Part shown: piece after piece, positions 17,425 through 27,914 of the stretch
Layout of the letters: each line of letters begins with the position of its first letter
Position numbering within the stretch: the first letter of the stretch is position 1
Source: Planctomycetota bacterium
GTDB lineage: Bacteria > Planctomycetota > JBDREB01
Length of the DNA: 53,372 nucleotides
Assembly: GCA_043820325.1 (NCBI GenBank)
Contig: JBDREB010000391.1
Coordinates: 1 to 53,372 of the forward strand
Reading direction: 5' to 3'
Program-made: the position numbers and the translations under genes
The notes under the pieces: model-generated
The model's database searches: none
What the model was told of the DNA's origin: nothing
The model's input: the letters and a program-made list of their open reading frames with translations, nothing else

Positions 17425-17949
17425 ATGGCACGCCGCCGCAGTTCCAGACCGGATTACGAAGCCAAAATGGACATGACGCCCATGATCGACTGCGTCTTCC
17501 TGCTCCTCATCTTCTTCATGTGCGCCACCAAATTCAAGACCTTGGATTACCGGCTCGACGCCTCCCTGCCCAAGGACAAGGGATTGCGTGATGTCCAGGT
17601 GAAGCCGCCCAAGGAGATCCCCGAGTTCCGGATCACCATCGATGCCATCCCGGGCGCGCCGGAGAACGCCTTTCCGCGGGCCACCTTCCGCATCGGCCGC
17701 GACTCCATGGTCAGCCTGCAGAACCTGAACCAGATGATTCAGACGGAATACTGGGTCATCAAGAACGACGCGCGCTACCAGGGGGAGAAGATCCCCGCCG
17801 TGGTCGATGGTCAGGCGGACGCCGATTTCGAGTATGTGGTCATGGCGATCAATGCCTGCGTCAATGCCCGCGTGGACGAGATCAATTTCGCCCCGCCCAT
17901 TCCGGATGCCATTCGGGCCCGCATGGGCAAGGTGTCGAGCAAGGATTAA
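17425..17949 (+). CDS. exbD: ExbD/TolR-family protein 2
   Basis: DMTPMIDCVFLLLIFFM signature, 174 aa. It starts 1 nt after the previous stop. Confidence 0.85.
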   Translation: MARRRSSRPDYEAKMDMTPMIDCVFLLLIFFMCATKFKTLDYRLDASLPKDKGLRDVQVKPPKEIPEFRITIDAIPGAPENAFPRATFRIGRDSMVSLQNLNQMIQTEYWVIKNDARYQGEKIPAVVDGQADADFEYVVMAINACVNARVDEINFAPPIPDAIRARMGKVSSKD

Positions 17950-17980
17950 ACGGCCGTCCGGCTGATCGAGAGGTATTCGT

Positions 17981-19216
17981 ATGAAGCGCATCGGCGTTCT
18001 GGCGTGGTGCCTGCTGGTCGCTGTCTGGGCGCATGGCCAGGTCGAGTTCGACACCATCTACAAGTTTCCCGACAAGAAGGGCGAAACGATCAAGGTCATC
18101 CGCGGGATCGTCACCGCCGAATCGAAGACCGAGGTCAAGTACAAGATCGCCGAAGGCCAGGAAAAGACGATCGAGGCCGAACTGGTCTCCAAGGTCGTCT
18201 ATATCGCCCGGGGCGGCGATGCGGTCGCCAAGGCGCAGGAAAAGGTCGCCAAGGGGCTGGCCGAGTTCGACAAGGGCGGTTTCGAGGAGGCCACCACCAT
18301 TCTGGGGGCGGCCATCAAGGATGCCGAGGCCAACCCGCGCCTGCCCGAATGGATCGGCGCCTATGCCCGTTTCCATACCGGCCTGGCTTTTCTGCGGCTG
18401 GGCCAGGAGATGGAAAGCAAGGGGATCGCCCAGGTCCTGGTCAAACGCCGCTATGAGAGCGCGGTGAAATCCTTCGATGACTTTGCGGCCAAGCATCCGA
18501 CCCATCGGCTCCAGTTCGACCTGCCCGTGGCCCAGGCCACCGCGCTTTTGAAATTGGGGGCGGAGCAGTATGACAAGGCCTTGGCCCTGTTGGACGGGGT
18601 CCCGTCGGGCGCCCGCAACCCGTATGCCCAATTACGGCGGTTCAACGCCCTGAAACTCAAGGGGGACATCCTGGTGCTGAAGGGGCGGAACGACCAGGCC
18701 CTCGACGCCTATAAGGAACTCATGCGCGCCATGCCCGCCGAAAATCCGATCGACGAGGTGGTGGGCATCCGCCAGGATGTGGGCGTGTTCATCGGCATGG
18801 TCCTGCTCAAGAAGGCCGAGGACAGCAGCGATGCCACCTCTTACAAGGATGCGGAGGAGTATTTCGGCAAGATCCTGGCCGATGTCGCGGCCACGGGCGT
18901 GACGGTCCGCAGTCTCGGCAAAGTCTACCTTTCCATCGGTGAATGCCGGCGCGCGGCCAAGGATTGGGAAAAGGCGATGTGGTACTACCTGCACGGGTGC
19001 ATCGCCTTTTTCGATGATCCGGAAGTCCATCGGGAATCGCTCCTGAATGTCATCATCTGCCTGGATGAACTGGTTCAGAAGACCCAGGACCGCGACAAGA
19101 AAAAGCAGCTCATGGATTCACTGGCCGAGTATTACCGCCAGTTGAAGCTTGGGTACGGGGCGACCCCGGCCGCCATGAAGGGCGGTACCATCTACAAGAA
19201 GTATTTCCCCAATTAA
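17981..19216 (+). CDS. Exported TPR-repeat protein (411 aa)
   Basis: Signal peptide MKRIGVLAWCLLVAVWAHG. TPR-like units (FDKGGFEEATTILGAAI, LKLGAEQYDKALALL, LKGRNDQALDAYKELM). Confidence 0.75.
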   Translation: MKRIGVLAWCLLVAVWAHGQVEFDTIYKFPDKKGETIKVIRGIVTAESKTEVKYKIAEGQEKTIEAELVSKVVYIARGGDAVAKAQEKVAKGLAEFDKGGFEEATTILGAAIKDAEANPRLPEWIGAYARFHTGLAFLRLGQEMESKGIAQVLVKRRYESAVKSFDDFAAKHPTHRLQFDLPVAQATALLKLGAEQYDKALALLDGVPSGARNPYAQLRRFNALKLKGDILVLKGRNDQALDAYKELMRAMPAENPIDEVVGIRQDVGVFIGMVLLKKAEDSSDATSYKDAEEYFGKILADVAATGVTVRSLGKVYLSIGECRRAAKDWEKAMWYYLHGCIAFFDDPEVHRESLLNVIICLDELVQKTQDRDKKKQLMDSLAEYYRQLKLGYGATPAAMKGGTIYKKYFPN

Positions 19217-19219
19217 GCC

Positions 19220-20041
19220 ATGCGATCGTTGCACGGATGGATGGGGTTGTGCGCGGTCCTGGCCGTCATCGGCGTCATACCGCTGACCTACGGGGAGAAC
19301 ACCCCCGCGGCTCCGCCGGTCGCACCCGCCCCGGCCGTCACGCCGCCGGCAACGCGGCCTGTCGCCCCGCCGGAAGCGCCGCCTGCTCCGCCGACCGTTG
19401 TCTACCTGGATGAAGCCCGGACCGTCAAGGTCGATCTGCAGGCCAAGACCCTGGAGATCCCCGCAGCGGTGGTCCAGAGGGGCGGCATCATTGAATTGGC
19501 GCTCTGCAGCACCATCTCCCCCAACGCCCGGTCGCATGAAAGCTGCTTCACCACACCTGTGCCGCCGAGCCTGGTCCACGCCGGCCTGAATCTGCTCGGG
19601 CTCAAGGAAGGCAAGCCGGCCGCGTTCGCCGGCCAGGAAGCCCTGCCCACGGGGGCGCAGGTGTTCGTGTATGTGATCTGGACGGCCAAGGCGGAGGACG
19701 GGACCGAGACCTCCCGCCGGGTGCGCCTGGAGGACCTGATCTTCAACCGGCTGACCCAGGAACCCATGATGCGGGTGGCATGGATCTTCTGCGGATCGAG
19801 CATGTTCAAGAACAAGGAAGGTCGTGAGATCTACGAGGCTGATGCCGAGGGCACGGTGATTTCCACCTGGCGGTGCACCACCACGGTGCTGGACAACCCG
19901 CTGCCCGAAGGAAGCGACGATACGGTATTCTTTTCCCTCAAGGAGGCCATGCCTCCCCTGGGTACCCCCGTAACCTTCCTTTTCTCGCCCGTAGACCTTG
20001 ACCCTCCGGACGAACAAAAGGAAAAGGGACCGGTTGAATAA
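19220..20041 (+). CDS. Exported protein of unknown function (possibly YdjY-like)
   Basis: 273-aa ORF. N-terminal hydrophobic signal, a Pro/Ala-rich linker, then a globular part (QRGGIIELALCSTIS...HAGLNLLGLKEG). The family call is from memory only. Confidence 0.6.
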   Translation: MRSLHGWMGLCAVLAVIGVIPLTYGENTPAAPPVAPAPAVTPPATRPVAPPEAPPAPPTVVYLDEARTVKVDLQAKTLEIPAAVVQRGGIIELALCSTISPNARSHESCFTTPVPPSLVHAGLNLLGLKEGKPAAFAGQEALPTGAQVFVYVIWTAKAEDGTETSRRVRLEDLIFNRLTQEPMMRVAWIFCGSSMFKNKEGREIYEADAEGTVISTWRCTTTVLDNPLPEGSDDTVFFSLKEAMPPLGTPVTFLFSPVDLDPPDEQKEKGPVE

Positions 20042-20603
20042 CCACGCCATAAGTCTCATTGTCCTGGGCGGGCTGGCATACTGGATGCCCATCCTGTTGC
20101 GCCGTGTCGGTTGCCGCCCGGCCATGAACGGCGGAACCCTCCTGCTTGCTCCCGCGGCCGCCTTGTGTATCGCGTCGGCCGGAGGGGCGGGGCTGGCCTG
20201 CGCCCTGACCGCCGCTGCGTATATTGCGGCTCTGGCCGCACTCGGGTGGGTCCTGGCCCGGACCTTTCCCGCGGGTGTGGCCGCGGAAGGCATGCATACC
20301 GCCATCGGGATCGGTATCTGGGGCGGGGCACTGGTGGCCGCCGCCGCCCTCCCGGCCCTGGTGCGCGGGTGCCTTCTGGCGGCCAGTCCCCCCGTGGTCC
20401 TGGGCGGCATTCTGGGCGTCAATATTTTCCGGGACCAGTGGTACGGCATCGCCCCGCTTGGTGACGGGTTCATACGGCTTCCCGCCTGGTGGCAGGGGGT
20501 GACCGTCCTAGCGGTCATTGCCGCGGCCGCGGCCGGCATGGGCGCCCTGGTACGGATGTTCCACCGCCGGCCGGCCGGCATCCCGGCCGGGGCCGGGAGG
20601 TGA
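20034..20603 (+). CDS. Polytopic membrane protein, unknown function
   Basis: ORF with several Ala/Gly/Leu-rich hydrophobic helices and high third-position GC. The start is uncertain (TTG 20034, ATG 20085, or the ORF-track start 19998). Confidence 0.4.
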   Translation: MNNHAISLIVLGGLAYWMPILLRRVGCRPAMNGGTLLLAPAAALCIASAGGAGLACALTAAAYIAALAALGWVLARTFPAGVAAEGMHTAIGIGIWGGALVAAAALPALVRGCLLAASPPVVLGGILGVNIFRDQWYGIAPLGDGFIRLPAWWQGVTVLAVIAAAAAGMGALVRMFHRRPAGIPAGAGR

Positions 20604-20608
20604 CGGCC

Positions 20609-21466
20609 ATGCTGTTCGACCTCCACCTCCACACCAACTTCTCCGACGGGGAATTGCCGCCGGCCGAGCTCATCGCTTTTGTCCGGGGGCATGGCGTGCG
20701 GGTGGCGGCCGTGACCGACCACGATACCCTCGCCGGCCTCGCCGCGGCAATGGAGGCCGGCACGCGCCAGGATGTGGCCGTGATCCCCGGTATTGAACTC
20801 ACCACCCATCTCCAGGGCACCGAGGTCCACATCCTCGGCCTAGGGATCGATCCCGCCGACCGCGATCTGCGCCGGCTGGCGGTCCAGCTCAAGACCGCCC
20901 GCCTGATGCGCCTGAAGCGCATTCTGGCTCGTCTGCGCGACCAGGGGGTGATGATCCACGACCGGGATGTGTTCGCCGCCGCCGACCTTATGGCCGGAAC
21001 GGAAACGGTCACCGCCTACGGCCGGCCCCATATCGCCCGGGTTTTGTGCGCCCGGGGCTATGCCGACACCTACCGTGACGCGTTCGAGCGGTTCGTCGGC
21101 AACGCGTGCCCGGCCTACCTGCCCAAGGCGGAATACCCGGCGCTTACCGCGATCCAGCTGGTGAAGAAGGCGGGGGGCGTCGCGATCCTGGCCCATCCGG
21201 AGAACACCCTGACCGAGGCGGGCATCGACCAGCTGGCCGCCGGCGGATTGGACGGCATCGAGGTCTATTGTCCCGCCCATGACGAGATGCTCACCTACCA
21301 TTACGAAGTGATGGCCCGCACCAAGGGGCTCCTGGTCACGGCCGGGACGGACCTGCATTCGCCCAAGGGGTATGAGCTCAAACTGGCGGGACTGACGCAC
21401 ACCGCGGGCATTCTGGACGGCCTGCGCCCCCGCCTGCCGCAGGTGCCCGCTCTGGCCGCGCCATGA
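20609..21466 (+). CDS. PHP-domain metal-dependent phosphoesterase (TrpH/YciV-like)
   Basis: MLFDLHLHTNFSDGELPPAEL ... AVTDHDTLAGL N-terminal PHP motifs, later AILAHP. ATG 20609 chosen over the ORF-track start 20489. Confidence 0.8.
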   Translation: MLFDLHLHTNFSDGELPPAELIAFVRGHGVRVAAVTDHDTLAGLAAAMEAGTRQDVAVIPGIELTTHLQGTEVHILGLGIDPADRDLRRLAVQLKTARLMRLKRILARLRDQGVMIHDRDVFAAADLMAGTETVTAYGRPHIARVLCARGYADTYRDAFERFVGNACPAYLPKAEYPALTAIQLVKKAGGVAILAHPENTLTEAGIDQLAAGGLDGIEVYCPAHDEMLTYHYEVMARTKGLLVTAGTDLHSPKGYELKLAGLTHTAGILDGLRPRLPQVPALAAP

Positions 21467-21491
21467 ATGGGCGGCGGATGGCAAAAAGAGC

Positions 21492-21518
21492 TTGACAAAC
21501 CCCCGGAATCGGTATAAT
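21492..21518 (+). promoter_or_regulatory. Sigma70-like promoter of rpsU
   Basis: TTGACA (21492-21497), 15-nt spacer, TATAAT (21513-21518), 58 nt upstream of ATG 21576. Confidence 0.4.
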
Positions 21519-21575
21519 GTGTCTTTTTTAGTTGGATAAGCCCTGGAAAAAATGGAAGCGAGGTGATATCCTCCG

Positions 21576-21788
21576 ATGATACGCGTTAAAACCCGTTCCA
21601 ATGAACCCATCGAAAAGACACTGCGCCGCTTTAAAAAGCGTTGCGAAAAGGAAGGCCTGACCAAGGACATCAAGAAAAGCGCCTACTTTGAAAAACCGAG
21701 CGAGAAACGCCGCCGCTGGCAACGCAAAATCGAGAAGGAAAAGAAGAAGGTCGAGTGGGAGCGGAAGATGGGCAAGTTCTATTATTGA
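21576..21788 (+). CDS. rpsU: 30S ribosomal protein S21
   Basis: MIRVKTRSNEPIEKTLRRFKKRCEKEGLTKDIKKSAYFEKPSEKRRR is the typical S21 sequence. Confidence 0.95.
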   Translation: MIRVKTRSNEPIEKTLRRFKKRCEKEGLTKDIKKSAYFEKPSEKRRRWQRKIEKEKKKVEWERKMGKFYY

Positions 21789-21810
21789 TCGTAACATCTT
21801 CTTAATACCG

Positions 21811-21853
21811 ACCGCATTGCGGAGCCCCGGTGCCATGCAATGCGGTTTTTTTT
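21811..21853 (+). terminator. Intrinsic terminator after rpsU
   Basis: Perfect 10-bp stem ACCGCATTGC (21811-21820) / GCAATGCGGT (21837-21846), 16-nt loop, then a run of 8 T (21846-21853). Confidence 0.85.
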
Positions 21854-21872
21854 AGGGGGCGGCGGGAACACG

Positions 21873-22730
21873 ATGAAACCGATCATCCTTGAGAATGTAA
21901 CCAAGGTCTACCGCGATTTCTGGGGCCGGACCAAGGCGGAGGCGGTACACGACCTGTCTTTCGGCGTGGAACCGGGTGAAGTATTCGGCCTGCTCGGTCC
22001 CAACGGGTCCGGCAAGACCACCACGCTCAAGCTGATGCTCGGGCTGGTCTTTCCCACGCGCGGCAAGCTGTGGATGTTCGAGAAGGAGCCGGCCAATGTG
22101 GCGGTGAAACGGCGCATCGGCTTCCTGCCCGAGGAATCATATCTCTATTCCTTCCTGACGGCCGCGGAGAGCCTGCGGTTCTACGCCCGTTTCTTCGACC
22201 TGCCCGACCGGCCCGGCCGCATCCGCGAACTGCTTGACCTGGTGGGCCTGGCGTATGCCCAGAACCGTCCGGTGCGGGAGTATTCCAAGGGCATGGCCCG
22301 CCGGCTCGGACTGGCCCAGGCCCTGGTCAACGAACCCGACCTCCTCCTCCTGGATGAACCCACCAGCGGCCTCGATCCCATCGGCAGCCACGAAGTGAAG
22401 GACCTCATCCGCAACCTCAAGGCGCGGGGGACCACGATCATCCTGTGCTCCCATCTCCTGGCGGATGTGGAGGATGTGTGCGACCGGATCGCCATCCTGC
22501 ACAAGGGCCGCCTCCAGGTGATGGGGCGGGTCGATGACCTCTTGGTGCGCCGGGAACGGCTTCAGATCACCTGCACGGGCCTGGACGCGGCCGGCCGGGA
22601 ACGGGTGACCGCGGGCGTGGCCGCGAGCGGCGGGACCGTGGTCGAGGTCCGCGAAGAGCGGACCCGGCTGGAAGACCTCTTCGTCCGGACGATCCGGGAC
22701 GGCAACGCCGACGCGGGCCGGTCCGCATGA
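21873..22730 (+). CDS. ABC transporter ATP-binding protein
   Basis: Walker A GPNGSGKTT, signature YSKGMARRLGLAQAL, Walker B LLLLDEPTSGLD. ATG 21873 chosen (MKPIILENV). Confidence 0.9.
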   Translation: MKPIILENVTKVYRDFWGRTKAEAVHDLSFGVEPGEVFGLLGPNGSGKTTTLKLMLGLVFPTRGKLWMFEKEPANVAVKRRIGFLPEESYLYSFLTAAESLRFYARFFDLPDRPGRIRELLDLVGLAYAQNRPVREYSKGMARRLGLAQALVNEPDLLLLDEPTSGLDPIGSHEVKDLIRNLKARGTTIILCSHLLADVEDVCDRIAILHKGRLQVMGRVDDLLVRRERLQITCTGLDAAGRERVTAGVAASGGTVVEVREERTRLEDLFVRTIRDGNADAGRSA

Positions 22731-23974
22731 AAGCCTTTGCGGCCCTGGCGGTCCATGCCTTCCGGGAGGCGCTCCACTCCCGGGTCGGTTTCATCCTGCC
22801 GGTCTACCTCGGGCTCATGACCGTCGGTTATATCTTTCTGGGTGCGGCCGACGCGGCCGACCGTGTGCGTGTCCTGGAGTCGATGGCCTTCATCGCCATG
22901 AGCTTTTTCGGCTCCCTGTTGGCCCTGCTGATGCCCGTCCTTTCCCTGAGCGAGGAGATCGAGACCCGCAAGGTGTACAATCTCCTCACCAAGCCGGTGA
23001 ACCGGTTCGTATTCCTGGCCGGCAAGATCGCCGGTATCATGCTTTTCGTGTTCGTATTCGTCGCCGTGATCGCGCTTGTGGCCTTCGGGTTCATCCGGCT
23101 GGCGGCCCGGCAGGCGCCGGCGACGCTGGCCGCCGACCGCCTTCTTGCCGCCGATCGGGTGGAATGGGTGCGGGCCGACGGGACCCGCACGGCCCTGGCC
23201 GAGGGAATGGCGTTCACCCGGACCAGCGAATTCACCGCCGCCCAATGGCATTTTTCCGGCATCACCTTGGCCGACCGCGAGGGGGATGCCGTGCGGGCCC
23301 GCCTCGACCTGGCCGCCTACGGGGTGGGCGTGGTGTTCAATATCGATTTTTCGCGGGTCTATATCAACGCGATCAACCCGGAGACCGGCGCGCGGCTGCC
23401 GGTCACGGCCGCCGCCGCTCCGGCCGGCCAGGCGTATGTCGTGATCCCCAAGGATGAAACGGTGATGATCCGCATCCCCGGCGCGGCCGTTACGCCGACG
23501 GGAGCGGTCATCGTGGAAGTCCTGCGGCCGGGCAGCAAATACCGGCTCCTGCCGCGGTCCGATTCCGTGGCGGTCTACCGCCGGCCGGGCGTCTATGCCG
23601 TGAATTATATCAAGGGGGTCCTGTTCCTGTTCGTGCGGTTCGGTTTTATCGCCGCGGTCGCGGTGTGCGGCGGCGCTTTCTTTTCCCTCGCCAGCGGCAT
23701 TTCCTTCGGGCTCTTTGTCATCCTGATGGGCCATCTGATGGGCTTCATCCGGGAGAACGCCGCGCCCTCCGAGGAGGGGGCGTTCCGCATCCTGTACCTT
23801 CTCTTCCGGATCGTGGCCCCCGATTTCCAGTCCTTCAGCCGGGCGGGCGATGTCATCGCCGGTACTTGGATCCCATGGGGCGCCCTGGGGATCACGGCGG
23901 CCCTGGCACTGGGGGTCTACGGCTTGGCCTATCTCGGCATCGCCTACGCCGGACTGCGGGACAGGGAGTTCTGA
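22727..23974 (+). CDS. ABC-2-type permease-like membrane protein with large extracytoplasmic loop
   Basis: ATGA overlap with the ATPase gene. ABC-2 motif SEEIETRKVYNLLTKPVNRFVFLAGK. TM helices at both ends flank a ~190-aa loop. Confidence 0.75.
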   Translation: MKAFAALAVHAFREALHSRVGFILPVYLGLMTVGYIFLGAADAADRVRVLESMAFIAMSFFGSLLALLMPVLSLSEEIETRKVYNLLTKPVNRFVFLAGKIAGIMLFVFVFVAVIALVAFGFIRLAARQAPATLAADRLLAADRVEWVRADGTRTALAEGMAFTRTSEFTAAQWHFSGITLADREGDAVRARLDLAAYGVGVVFNIDFSRVYINAINPETGARLPVTAAAAPAGQAYVVIPKDETVMIRIPGAAVTPTGAVIVEVLRPGSKYRLLPRSDSVAVYRRPGVYAVNYIKGVLFLFVRFGFIAAVAVCGGAFFSLASGISFGLFVILMGHLMGFIRENAAPSEEGAFRILYLLFRIVAPDFQSFSRAGDVIAGTWIPWGALGITAALALGVYGLAYLGIAYAGLRDREF

Positions 23975-23976
23975 CC

Positions 23977-25221
23977 ATGCGCGGCCGGATGCTGACGATC
24001 GCCCTGGTCATCCTGCTGGGGGGGATGCTCATCCCACTGCAGCATACCATCAACCAGCGGCGCCGGGAGCTGGTGCCCGCGGGGGATGTGTTTTTGGCGA
24101 TCACTCCCGGTGAATTCGCGGGCACGCTCATGCTGGGCGGGTTCCGGGGCATTGCGATCGATATCCTCTGGCTGCGGGCCCAGAAGCTCCAGCAGGAGGG
24201 CAAGTTCTTCGAACTGGTCGCCTTGAGCGACCTGATCGCCAAGCTCCAGCCCCTGGACCGGATGGTGTGGGAGTTCAACTCCTGGAACCGCGCCTACAAT
24301 GTATCGGTTAAATTCAACGACCGCGAGGACCGCTGGAAATGGGTCAAGAGCGGGCTCGACCTGAACGAGGAGGGGTTGCGCCGCATGCCCCGCAACTGGA
24401 AGCTCTGCAAACACCTGGCTTTCATGTTCATGCATAAGGGCCGGGATTACCAGGAGGAGGTCCTGCGCGATTACGGCACGGATAATTTCTCCCTCGCCCG
24501 CCGCTATTACCAGGAAGCCCTCCGGCTCAACCCCGACGCCCCGCTCTTTGTCGACCGGGCCGTCATCCACACCTATGAGGAACAGGGGGATTTCGAGACG
24601 GCCCGGCGGTTGTACGACGAACATATGCGGCGCTATCCCAACGATACGACCGCCCTGCAGAACCGGGACGCCTTCCTGAAGGAAAAGGAGGCCTACCAGG
24701 CGACCCTGGAGGCGCTCGCGCAGGCCGACGCGGAAGGGGCGTCCGCGCGCGTGGTCGAGTTGTACGAAGACCGGATCGTGGGCGCGCCCTACCTGATGCC
24801 CCAGCGGGCGATCGAGGCGGTGCTCAAGGCCTATTGGGCCACGGAAGCGTTCGATCAGGGGATCGATTTTATTCACAAGCGCATCAACCTTAAGATGGAA
24901 GACCCCGAGGCGTGCTACCGGGAATATGACACCTATGGGGCGCTCTACAACGCTCATTATCTCAAGCAGATCCAAACACTTGCAATCATGGGGCTCCCAG
25001 AGGAGATCGTGGCCCTCTATGGGGCAAAATTCCGCGAAAAAAAGGTGGATATTTCCCTTGATGCGGGTATAATGGTCCTTGATGCGATGCTGGCCGCCGG
25101 CGCCGTTGAAGAGGCCCGGGACCTGCTTGTTGAACTTGAAGGTAACAACGCTTCCGGGCGTTTGGCTCCCTATCGTACGGCGGTGGCGGAGCGGTCAAGC
25201 CAACCTTCATCAGTTGAATAA
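23977..25221 (+). CDS. Membrane-anchored TPR-like protein, unknown function
   Basis: ATG 23977 lies 2 nt after the previous stop. [18 protein letters not shown]. Helical-repeat segments ([33 protein letters not shown]). Confidence 0.65.
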   Translation: MRGRMLTIALVILLGGMLIPLQHTINQRRRELVPAGDVFLAITPGEFAGTLMLGGFRGIAIDILWLRAQKLQQEGKFFELVALSDLIAKLQPLDRMVWEFNSWNRAYNVSVKFNDREDRWKWVKSGLDLNEEGLRRMPRNWKLCKHLAFMFMHKGRDYQEEVLRDYGTDNFSLARRYYQEALRLNPDAPLFVDRAVIHTYEEQGDFETARRLYDEHMRRYPNDTTALQNRDAFLKEKEAYQATLEALAQADAEGASARVVELYEDRIVGAPYLMPQRAIEAVLKAYWATEAFDQGIDFIHKRINLKMEDPEACYREYDTYGALYNAHYLKQIQTLAIMGLPEEIVALYGAKFREKKVDISLDAGIMVLDAMLAAGAVEEARDLLVELEGNNASGRLAPYRTAVAERSSQPSSVE

Positions 25222-25246
25222 CCACTCTTTTGTTAGGATCGGTGCT

Positions 25247-27535
<2,289 letters not shown>

Positions 27536-27545
27536 GGAGCGCCCC

Positions 27546-27914
27546 ATTCCGGTCCCGGTATGCAAAATCCCTGCAGGCATAAGGGAGATCGCCGGCCTCA
27601 TTGCTGGCAAGAAGGGTCAGGACATCGTCATCTACGATGTGCGCGAGGCCTCGCATGTCACCGATTATTTTCTGGTGACGACGGCGTATAACCGGCGGCA
27701 CATCAAGGCCTTGTGCGAAGAGATCGCCACGGCGCTCAAGAAACGGAAGTTCAGGGTCTTGAGCACCGAGGGGCTTGATTCGGATAATTGGGCGCTCCTG
27801 GACGCGGGCGGGTTCGTGGTCCATATTTTCGGACCCGCCAGCCGGGCCTTTTACGACCTGGGCATGATCTGGGGCGATGTCCCGAACATGAAATGGGAAA
27901 AGGATGGACCTTGA
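27546..27914 (+). CDS. rsfS: Ribosome silencing factor RsfS, probable non-canonical ATT start
   Basis: The conserved [11 protein letters not shown]...[18 protein letters not shown] lies upstream of the first canonical start (GTG 27639). No ATG/GTG/TTG/CTG occurs in frame between the stop at 27528 and 27639. ATT 27546 sits 6 nt after AAGGAG (27534-27539). Confidence 0.75.
   Translation: MPVPVCKIPAGIREIAGLIAGKKGQDIVIYDVREASHVTDYFLVTTAYNRRHIKALCEEIATALKKRKFRVLSTEGLDSDNWALLDAGGFVVHIFGPASRAFYDLGMIWGDVPNMKWEKDGP

Noticed and set aside
25079-25246. ORF-track 5' extensions: 25079 for hppA, 23665 for the TPR-like gene, 29839 for ahcY, 29510 for coaC, 34517 and 36345 for the HEAT and HD-GYP genes, 20489 for PHP, 42340, 43997, 45457, 48247 and 52316.
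   Set aside because: The extensions overlap the preceding genes in another frame and are Arg/Pro/Gly-rich. Internal ATGs give native-looking N-termini (signal peptides, conserved first motifs) and typical 1-11-nt overlaps or Shine-Dalgarno spacing.
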